Assembly (NCBI RefSeq): GCF_006345805.1
Contig: NC_043022.1
Coordinates: forward strand, 3,906,001-3,970,000
Reading direction: 5' to 3'
Length of the DNA: 64,000 nt
Source of the DNA: Octopus sinensis
Lineage: Eukaryota
The position numbers and the translations under genes were made by a program. The notes below the pieces were generated by a model. The model saw nothing but the letters and a program-made list of their open reading frames with translations, was not told the origin of the DNA and did not search any database. Shown piece after piece: positions 25,103 to 35,353 of the stretch (position 1 is its first letter; each line of letters starts with the position of its first letter).

Positions 25103-25497
25103 TTTTTTCTAGCTGTGTCATATGAAATTATCACCCATAATTATGACCCTAGTATCAATCTATTGCATTTCAATCTGTTTTAGAGTTAGGGTTAGGGGTG
25201 GGGGGAAGGATATCTTTTTTTTCTTCAGAAATGTAAATAAACCCAATCTGTTTCTTAAACGAGGGAATATTCATACAGCATGGAATGTTTTCACCTCAAT
25301 AGATGTCATTGATTGGTTGAAATTGCAGAAATTGAAGAATAAAAAAACAACAAATATCTTACAAACTATAGAATTTTCTCAATAAAGCCAAGAGAAAAAG
25401 ATGTTTTATAAACACATTCTACCAGTATACGAAGTTTAAGAGTGTTTAGTTAACTAGAAATTATTTTAAAAAGCTGCTGTTCAAACCGAAAAGATCC
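25103..25497 (+). mobile_element. About 400-bp non-autonomous DNA element with TTAGGG-like repeats (same family at 27107-27512 minus and 27520-27843 plus 30194-30295)
   Basis: Three alignable copies; short subterminal inverted motif TTTCTAG (25106) / CTAGAAA (25454); class uncertain (Helentron/HINE-like or MITE). Confidence 0.7.
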
Positions 25498-26395
25498 ATG
25501 TTCTTTAATGCTTATGAGAACCTTCATATTTCACGTTGAAGAATTGGTCGAGGGCCAATCTCTCTGCGAACACTTCGGTTGCGATGCCTTTTCTAAAAGC
25601 CTCATCTAACTCCTCACTAGCTCTCCTTTTACTCTGTTTCTTTCAACTGCAAGTCCTTTGCAAGTCGTTCTGATGGTCCTTTTCAGGGTGAACCACTATT
25701 ATAGTTGACAATTGCCTCAGTCAACGGCTTAACTAATTCACTAATCCGGTCTCTGAAATCTTTGTGCACCGACGAAGGCGCGTTCAGCTTCGGTAACCGG
25801 ATCCATGTCTATGAAGCCTAAGTGGCTCGATTGTGGTCTATGTAGTTGACTATTTTCAATTGTAAAACCTATACTATCCGTATCTGAAGGATACCCTATC
25901 GCAATACGATCTGCATGATCCGATGTGGTTTAACCAGCTCTACATTGGCACATAAAGGAAATTCAGTCGATACCTGTCAGACAGTTGGAATCATTTGGGC
26001 AAGTTTGCGGGGCTTTCTCACCCTCCTCCCCTATCTGCTAAGCCTACAAAGTCCCACCATACGTCTAAAATCCATTCTAATCTTCCACTAATACTAAGGA
26101 GTGGAACATTCCCAGGAAAGTTCCAGATGCCTGAAGAAATCTGGTCCTTCTACTCCAATCGGGGCGTAGACAGCAACTATGCCCTTCGATGTCAGTCGCG
26201 ATCAGTACCACCGACTTACTTTCTGGATCCAGGAAGAACATCCGTATTGCAAGATCCAGATTTTTCCGAACCATCATGGCGACTCCGCCTCCCGGACGAC
26301 TTAGAGATGCATACACCTTATACTCTCTGAAGAGAGGACTTGGTAGCACTAGCAAAGGGAAGTTTAGTGCTGTTCCAAGCCGTTGCACCAGATTG
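25498..26395 (-). mobile_element. Tx1/L1-clade APE endonuclease fragment
   Basis: SRPGGGVAMMVRK, LDPE, VAVYAP, LVLVED.N.ILD, YIDH, GY.KLNA; frameshifted. Confidence 0.8.
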
Positions 26396-28109
26396 TTGCT
26401 CAGTTCATTTCGTTGTTCTTGTCGTTATTGTTATTGCTGCTGCTTATTTGTTTGTTTGTTTGTTTGTTTGTTGAGCGAAGCGGTCTTCGTCCTGTAGTGG
26501 GAGAAGTCCGAAACGTGGTCCTTTGCTATTCATAAGACCACAGAAGAGAAAGCAAGTCAACCCCCAACACCAAGAGCATCGACGGATGGATGAATGTGCA
26601 TCCAGGCTCAGCAGTTGAGTAGGAACAACAGAATAAAAGAACTACCCAAGTGTGGGTACGATCCGTTTCGAGTGGGGCCAAGCAGTGTCCGTCCACTCAA
26701 CATCATTGGAAGTAGACAGATACTCATGTTGTAAAGGGATCAGAATAATGGAGACTGAAATAACCGTGATTTCCAATCGTACTTCTGCAGCAGACGGAAA
26801 TATCTACACCTTATTCCGTATTGTAACTATCACAGATTATACAGCAAAACAACAACTGAAATAAACACTTACTGCTCCTGTGACTAGTCCTAATAGGGCC
26901 ATATTCAAAACTTCACCTGAAAGAAGAGCAAAAATAGCGTGAATTGTAATTTCTTAGAAGCAGAGTGTATGATATGTATATGAATTGACTATTATATAAA
27001 TAAATTGATTAATCCGTGTATGTATTCTCCATTTTCTTTTTTGTATTGTAATAAATTTTTTTCCCTCCAATAAAGAAAAGGTAAAAACATCTATAACGGC
27101 AACTGGAATTCCGGATCTTTTCCTTTTGAACGGCACATGTCAACACAATTTCTAGTTAACTAAATACTTTTAAACTTCGTATACTGGTAGAATGTGTTTA
27201 TAAAACATCATTTTTTCTTGGCTTTCTTGAGAAAATTCTCTATGTTGTAACATATTTCCACTTTAATTTCAAGCATTTCGGCAATTTTAACCAATCGCTG
27301 ACCTCCTTTTGGGGTGAAAACATTCTGTGCTGTATGAATATGTCCCTCGTTTAGAAACAGATTGGGTTTATTTACATTTGCAAAGAAAAAAAATACCCTT
27401 CCCCACCCCTACCCCTAACCCTAACCCTAACCCAAAAGAGATTGAAATGCAATAGATTGATACTAGGGTTATAATTATGGGTGACATTTTCATTTGACAC
27501 CGCTAGAAAAAATCCCATTTTTCGTTGCGGTGTCGTATGAAATTGTCACCCATAATTATAACCCTAGTATTGATCTATTGCATTTCAATCTATTTTAGAT
27601 TTAGGGTAGAGTTAGGGTTAGGGTAAGGGTTAGGGTGAGGGGTGGGGAAGGAAGGTATCTTTTTCTTCGCAAATGTAAATAAACCCAATCTGTTTCTTAA
27701 ACGAGGGACATATTCATACAGCAAGGAATCTTTTTCACCCCAAATGGAGGTCAGCGATTGGTTAAAATTGCCAAAATGCTTGAAATTAAGTGGAAATATG
27801 TTACAACATAGAGAATTTCCTCAAGAAAGCCAAGAAAATATGATCTCTTATTATAAAAGGCAGATTTTATCTGCCTCCCTTTTCAGTTATAGAAATAAAA
27901 TCTACAATATAGGATTTCTTCAATTACAATTTACCTAGCATTTTAAGAGTAGAATGCATCGGGTTTTGCCAGGTCCACTTTTTAAAATTTCAACCCCAAT
28001 TAAGCAAAATTTACAGAAAACTCACATTCTGGTGTATGAGTCAAATGCTTCTCTTACTGTGGTTTACACCACACGCAAACGCACACACACAGTGTGCAAC
28101 GAAGATAAT

Positions 28110-29348
28110 GAAAGTAATTCACTTTCTGTAGTGAGTGACTCTTTCACTCTGCCTCCCACTTCCTCTTTACACACATAGACACGCAAATATATAAATAAAA
28201 TTGTCAGCTAACATGCGTGTGTATGTGTGTGTGTGTGTGTGTGTGTGCGTGTGTGTGTGTGTGAGGGTGCGTGTGTGTGTGTGTGTGTGTGCGTGTGCGT
28301 GAGTGTCTGACAGGAAAAATGAAAGTAATTCACTTTCTGTAGTGAGTGACTCATTCACTCTGCCTCCCACTTCCTCTTTACACACATAGACGCGCAAATA
28401 TATAAATAAAATTGTCAGCTAACGTGCGTGTGAGTGAGTGTGTGTGTGTGTGTGTGTGTGCGTGTGTGTGTGTGTGAGGGTGCGTGTGTGTGTGTGCGTG
28501 TGCGTGAGTGTGTGACAGGAAAGTTTTTTAGGACGAATATAAGACCTATATCCAAGTAGCAGAAAGATCGCCCAAAAGTGTATATAGATATTTAAATGTA
28601 TTTTATATTCATCTATACACAGATGTATGTATAATGTGTGTGTATATATTTCCATAGAGGTAACCTTTCACTCCATACAAAGTTTTTTAGGACGAATATA
28701 AGACCTATATCCAAGTAGCAGAAAGATCGCCCGAAAGTGTATATAGATATTTAAATGTATTTATATATTCATCTATACACAGATGTATGTATAATGTGTG
28801 TGTATATATTTCCATAGAAGTAACCTTTCACTCCATACAAAGTTTTTTAGGACGAATATATAAGACCTATATCCAAGTAGCAGAAAGATCGCCCGAAAGT
28901 GTATATAGATATTTAAATGTATTTATATATTCATCTATACACAGATGTATGTATAATGTGTGTGTATATATTTCCATAGAGGTAACCTTTCACTCCATAC
29001 AAAGTTTTTTAGGACGAATATAAGACCTATATCCAAGTAGCAGAAAGATCGCCCAAAAGTGTATATAAATATTTAAATGTATTTATATATTCATCTATAC
29101 ACAGATGTATGTATAATGTGTGTGTATATATTTCCATAGAGGTAACCTTTCACTCCGCACAAAGTTTTTTAGGACGAAAATAAGATCTAAAGTTATCTCT
29201 AAGTAGCACAAAGATCGCCCAAAAGTGTATATAGATATTTAAATGTATTTATATATTCATCTATACACACATGTATGTATAATGTGCGTGTATATATTTC
29301 CATAGAGGTAACCATTCAATCCATACAAAGTTTTTTAGGACGAAAATA
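28110..29348 (+). repeat. Helitron-internal tandem repeats: about 211-bp (TG)n-containing unit x2, then 159-166-bp unit x5
   Basis: GAAAGTAATTCAC at 28110 and 28321; AAAGTTTTTTAGGACGA at 28520, 28679, 28839, 29001, 29161, 29327. Confidence 0.92.
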
Positions 29349-29589
29349 TTTATATATAAAAGAAAGGTTGTGTGTCTGTCTACTCCGATTTAGATTCCTA
29401 ACTACTCCCACATTTTGCGATGCAGTTTAACCAAAACCGGGTATCTTATAGTCGTGATTCATATCGAGCCCTTCTGGGTATTAGCGCGCGTCTTCGATGA
29501 GTCTATGATTTTACAAATAATTTACCATCATTTTTTTTCCATTTTAATGCATATTTTTTTTAATAAAGGGAAGTAACTCTCAAACTTCA

Positions 29590-30075
29590 CACCAATATGC
29601 GTGCTCATATGCGACGTAATATCACATCAGCAGCATTTCCTCACACCCTCCTTGCACTTGGCGAAGACAAAATACCAGGGGATGAAAATGGTAATATTGC
29701 CATCGATTCCATTTGTACCATTGTTAAGACGCCTTCTGATCTCAGAGATGCAGTGTTCCCAGATCTACAAGCTAATTATCAGAATATGGATTGGATTGGC
29801 AAAAAGGCTATACTGGCCCCGAGGAATAAAACTGTTCACCATATTAATGATGAAATGCTAAAACTCATTCCTGGGGAAGTCTATGTATATCAGTCTATCG
29901 ATACAACTCCTGACCCAGAGGACGTCATCAACTATCCAATAGAGGTACTCAATTCCTTTGAGCATCCCGGACTACCACCACACTTTCTCAAACTTAAAGT
30001 TGGTGCCCCTATAATGCTCATCAGAAATTTGGTTCCCCCAAACAATGCAATGGCACACGTTTGATCGTTAAGTCC
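29590..30075 (+). pseudogene. Helitron RepHel PIF1-family helicase C-terminal fragment
   Basis: AILAPRN..V..IN, YQSID, YPIEVLNS...PGLPPH.LKLKVGAPIMLIRNL.PP followed by a frameshifted (C)NGTRL.V. Confidence 0.93.
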
Positions 30076-30636
30076 TTATCTCCCACCGTAAACTTATATC
30101 AATATTTGCCTGAATAATCATCATAATTCAGTGCAATCATTAACAGTACTTTCAAGCAATGCAGCCCCGAGCAACGCCGGGCAATTCTGCTAGTGTTTTA
30201 TAAACACATTCTACCAGTATACGAAGTTTAAAAGTGTTTAGTTAACTAGAAATTGTGTTGACATGTGACGTTCAAAAAGGAAAAGATCCGGAATTTCAAA
30301 AGTTTAAGGTACGAATATCGAAGAAGAACCAACGATAAACATTGGATCATATTCGCATCTACAATTTCCAGTATCGTTAATCCAGTCTGATCTGGCAGTG
30401 TTTCTACAGCTGGATGCCCTTCCTAACGCCAACCACTCCGCGAGTGTAGTGGGTGCTTTTTACGTGCCACCTGCACAGGTGCCAGAGGAGTCTGGCATCG
30501 GCCACGATCGGTTGGTGCTTTTTTATGTGCCACTGGCACAGAAGCCAGTGGAGGCTGCACTGGCAACGGCCACGTTCGGATGGTGCTTTTTATGTGTCAC
30601 CGGCACAGGTATCACACTACTGTTTCCATTGATATG

Positions 30637-30668
<32 letters not shown>

Positions 30669-30707
30669 TGTATGTATGGATATATATGTATATATATATA
30701 TATATAT

Positions 30708-30787
<80 letters not shown>

Positions 30788-30804
30788 ATATATATATATA
30801 TATA

Positions 30805-31685
30805 CAATTAAGGGCTCCTAAATTAAGATGCCGAGTGCTGGGAACACAAAAAGGGGATGAATTTATCGAGAGTGAAAATCAAAAACGTTTACCGATAACT
30901 TTAACTCGAACCGCGGTTTCTGCTTCTTTCTAGCAAAACACAAAATATGTTTGCTAAGGCTAGCTTCATCAGCGAGTCGCCTAAATTTAATCGAGGTCTG
31001 CAGCGATGTGGGACCATGTGTTGATCTCGAACTACTAGCAGATCTTAACTTTTCAAATCTCTGCGCAGACGCAAAATTGTGTTCCCAGCACTCGGCATCT
31101 TAATTTAGGAGCCCTTAATTGTATAACTACATGAATAATATTTTTCTATATGAATAATATTTTTGTCTTATGACTAATTCGTCTTTTGTGCTGGGCACCT
31201 GGTAGTAAATAATATTACTACCCTTCTTGTTCTTATTCGCATATTACATGATGGATTTATTCGTAAAATTCTTCCCGGCATGCCCTATACTGCCGTGTAA
31301 ATTTTGCGTCTGCGCAGAGATTTGAAAAGTTAAGATCTGCTAGTAGTTCGAGATCAACACATGGTCCCACATCGCTGCAGACCTCGATTAAATTTAGGCG
31401 ACTCGCTGATGAAGCTAGCCTTAGCAAACATATTTTGTGTTTTGCTAGAAAGAAGCAGAAACCGCGGTTCGAGTTAAAGTTATCGGTAAACGTTTTTGAT
31501 TTTCACTCTCGATAAATTCATCCCCTTTTTGTGTTCCCAGCACTCGGCATCTTAATTAGAGGACCCTTAATTGTATAACTACATGAATAATATTTTCTAT
31601 ATGAATAATATTTTTTTGTCTTATGACTAATTCGTCTTTTGTGCTGGGCACCTGGTAGTGAATAATATTACTACCCTTCTTGTTC
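30805..31685 (+). mobile_element. Retrozyme-like hammerhead element: 452-bp-period partial tandem (31079-31685) plus 5' inverted segment (30805-31078 = reverse complement of 31300-31573), inserted in (TA)n
   Basis: GTGTTCCCAGCACTCGGCATC at 31079 and 31531 with identical downstream flank; no ORF; absent from the paralogous microsatellite at about 6905-6930. Confidence 0.82.
31400..31475 (+). ncRNA. Type I hammerhead ribozyme (inverted twin at 30903-30978, minus strand)
   Basis: ACTCG-CTGATGA(31406-31412)-long stem II (GCT/AGC, TTAGCAA/TTGCTAG, ACATA/TGTGT)-GAAA(31458-31461)-palindromic ACCGCGGT-T^CGAGT; GUU site after 31469; an unpaired A on each side at the base of stem II is non-canonical. 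Confidence 0.8.
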
Positions 31686-31763
31686 ATATATATTATATAT
31701 ATATAATAATATGCATTTGTATATCCCTATATATATATATATATATCCATACATTTCCATATA

Positions 31764-31808
<45 letters not shown>

Positions 31809-31834
31809 GTATATATATATATATATATATATAC

Positions 31835-31896
<62 letters not shown>

Positions 31897-31901
31897 GTAT
31901 G

Positions 31902-31976
<75 letters not shown>

Positions 31977-33049
31977 ATATATATCGCGGCGGCGGCGTCA
32001 TCGTCGTTTAATGTCTGCTTTCCATGCTGGCATGGGTTGGATGCTTTGACTGAGGACTGGTGAGCCAGAGGCAGCACTAGGCTCAATCTGACCTGGCAAA
32101 GTTTCTACAGCTGGATGCCCTTCCTAACGCCAACCACTCCGAGAGTGTAGTGGGTGCTCTTACATGCCACTGGCATGAAGGTCAGTCTGGTGGTTCTGGC
32201 AGCGACCACGCTCAAAACGTGTTTTTTACGTGCTACCATGTATGGGGGCCAGTCCGACGGCAGTGGCAACAAAATATATATTATATTTCGTTTAATGTCT
32301 GTCTGACTTCCATGTTGGCATGGTGGGATGAACATACATATGTGTGCATACACATGTGACTATATATATATATATCTACAATATCATAAATTAATTTCTC
32401 TTTACCTGCAGGAATGGGTTTTACGCACACACACACCCACACACCCACACACCGAACATCTTTATTTCACACCTTATACTGTGCCTCAGCATGGCCGCAG
32501 CTCTGAGCTGAAACTAGAAAAAAAATATATATATATATTTATATTTAAATATTATAAGTTTAAATTATTTAAATAATTTTTAAAATTTTAACTTTAATTT
32601 AAATATTTTAATTTGGATTTTGATATTTTTTATATTTTATATTTTATATTTTTTTATTAATTTTATTTCTATATATTGGCTTTGATTTTCACTGTTTGAT
32701 TTGCCTAATAGTGGTTTTATCTCTAATTTAATATAATATATATTTATACTATAAAATTGGATTTAATCCTAAATCTAATTTTTCCCTTTAAGTTTGGATT
32801 TGCTCCCTAATATTATTATATATATATATATATATATTAAGAGAATAAAGTGTACGTATGCCGCTATCGTTAGCTACTATAACGCATTTTTTTCTCTCCT
32901 TGTTTTTTTTCTGTGTATTTTCTGTCAAAGAGCATAGGCTTGGAAACGTAAAAGACTTTTTCTATTCCTGAGCACTATACTAATACATTTGTTTGTTTGT
33001 ACTCCCCCTGCCTGCGTCTTTTGTTTACTTTTCGTAAACTTTCCCTTTA

Positions 33050-33115
<66 letters not shown>

Positions 33116-33434
33116 GAATATATAAATATATCAAATAAAATATAAAATGGGACAAGAATGCAAAACATTCGGACAACTAGGTGATACAAAAAGGGCAACA
33201 ACAAAACATCCAGATAGGCGATACAAAAAACAAGGCAAGGTCATTTGAAGCCTTTATCCTCAGTCAAGAAAAGATCATTCTCGCAATTTCGGCTGATTAA
33301 TCTTGAGATTGCTTCAATCTGGCTAGCCCCAAGGAAAACTAAGCTAAGAGATTCCTTGGAAAAAAGAATGAAATGTATACGAAAACAAGGACGGAAAAAC
33401 AGACGAAGTTACACGAATAAAAATACAAAAATAC

Positions 33435-33465
<31 letters not shown>

Positions 33466-34139
33466 GGACTTACCAACAGGTGTCTTTCGACTGGGAACAA
33501 ATTGAATTCAGCTGGCATGTATGGAAATGAAGCCTTACAGCAGAGGGAAGAATATCTATGTGGCAGTGACCATGGCCAGACGCAAAAGGGCTAGCAGTCT
33601 GGCCTATAGGTTACGTGAGAAGAGAAGAGAGAGAAAAAGAGGAACAAAAGAATTAAGGAGGGGGAGAAGAGAGAGCGAGAGTGAGAGAGAGTTGTAGAAG
33701 CAGATAGACAGAAGAATCAAGGAGTGGCGAGAAGAAAAGAGAGACAGGGACATAGTAAAGCGAAAAATGAGTAAGAAAGGGAAAGAAATGTGTGAGAGAG
33801 GGGGGGAGAAAGAAAGAATGACCGGGAAAAGGTTGAAAAAGTCGTACAAAATTGTGGCGCTATATATATATATATGTATATATATATATTAATAAATACA
33901 ACAATGGAACAAGAGCGCAAAACATCCAGATAACTTGGTGATACAAAAAGGGACAATCTCAAGATTAATCAGCTGAAATTGCGAGGATGATCCGATCAAC
34001 GAAACAGCATACTCGTGAAATTAACGGGCAAATGGCTGAGCACTCCACAGACATGTGTACGCTTAACATAGTTCTCTGTGAGATTCAGCATAACACAGAG
34101 GGTGACAAGGCTGGCCCTTTGAAATACAGGTACACCGAG

Positions 34140-35301
34140 AATATATATACACAGACATTATACATAATCTGTGTATATGAATATATAAATACATTTAAAT
34201 ATCTATATACACTTTCGGGCGATCTTTCTGCTCTGCTACTTGATATAGGTCTTTATTCGTCCTAAAAACTTTGTATGGAGTGAAGGTTACCCTCTCTATG
34301 GAAATATATACAACACATTATACATACATCTGTGTATAGATGAATATATAAATACATTTAAATATCTATATACACTTTCGGCGATCTTTCTGCTACTTGG
34401 ATATGGTCTTGTATTCGTCCTAAAAAACTTTCCTGTCACCACTCACTCACGCACACGCACGCACACACAAGCGCACCCTCACACACACACACACACACAC
34501 CACACACACAACCACACTCACACACACGCACGTTAGCTGACTATTTTATTTATATATTTGCGTGTATATGTGTGTAAAGAGGATGGGAGGCAGAGTGAAT
34601 GAGTCACTCACTACAGAAAGTGAATTACTTTCATTTTTCCTGTCAGACACTCACACACACGCACACACACACACAACACGCACCTCTCACACACACCCAC
34701 ACACGCACACACCACACACACAACCCACACGCACGTTAGCTGACAATTTTATTTATTATATTTGCGTGTCTATGTGTGTAAAGAGGAAGTGGGAGGCAGA
34801 GTGAATGAGTCACTCACTACAGAAAGTGAATTACTTTCATTTTTTCTTCCTGTCACCTCACCCACGCACACACACACACACACAACTACACGCAACCCTC
34901 ACACACACACACACGCACACACACACACACACACGCACGTTAGCTGACAATTTTATTTATATATTTGCGTGTCTATGTGTGTAAAGAGGAAGTGGGAGGC
35001 AGAGTGAAAGCGTCACTCACTACAGAAAGTGAATTACTTTCATTTTCTTCGTTGCACACTGTGTGTGTGCGTTTGCGTGTGGTGTAAACCACAGTAAGAA
35101 AGCATTTGACTCATACACCAGAATGTGAGTTTTCTGTAATTTTGCTTAATTGGGGTTGAAATTTTTAAAAAAGTGGACCTGGCAAAACCGATGCATTCTA
35201 CTCTTAAAAATGCTAGGTAAATTGTAATTGAAGAAATCCTATATTGTAGATTTCTATACTGACAAAGGAGGCAGATAAAAATCTGCCTTTTATAATAGAG
35301 A
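34140..35301 (-). mobile_element. Second, 3'-truncated copy of the 27844 Helitron 5' half
   Basis: A^TCTCTATTATAAAAGGCAG at 35302/35301; three (CA)n units and about two 160-bp units; many small indels. Confidence 0.9.
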
Positions 35302-35353
35302 TATACATACATTACATTATGGTTGCTCCCTCGTTATCGAGTATGGCCATTGC

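Larger units (their letters stand above)
27844..30193 (+). mobile_element. Composite non-autonomous Helitron with internal satellites and a PIF1 helicase fragment
   Basis: 5' A^TC (27843/27844), 3' hairpin CCCG(A)GC-AAC-GCCGGG (30166-30181) then CTAG^T (30190-30194); no TSD; the empty site ATGA/TGTTTT is seen in the other arm of the host element. Confidence 0.93.
30630..33300 (-). repeat. Inverted paralog of 1-6965; lacks the 200-830 and 1050-5940 insertions but carries the 30805-31685 insertion
   Basis: Reverse-complement colinearity across the pLTR relic, (TA)n, AT-rich block (5970-6300 vs 32480-32820), SINE tails and microsatellite interruptions (GGAAATGTATGG; CCATACATACATGTG). Confidence 0.9.

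Noticed and set aside
26490-26520. CTGTAGT-GGGAGAAGTCC-GAAACGT candidate
   Set aside because: Two core substitutions and no helix I
27410-27640. Telomere or interstitial telomere (TAACCC/TTAGGG)
   Set aside because: Only 3-5 imperfect units, embedded in a dispersed repeat present three times
30805-31121. Simple Tc1/mariner MITE (45-bp TIRs, TA flanks)
   Set aside because: Does not explain the 452-bp tandem, the duplicated downstream flank or the hammerhead; a 5' inversion of a tandem element explains all three. Not fully excluded without genome-wide copies
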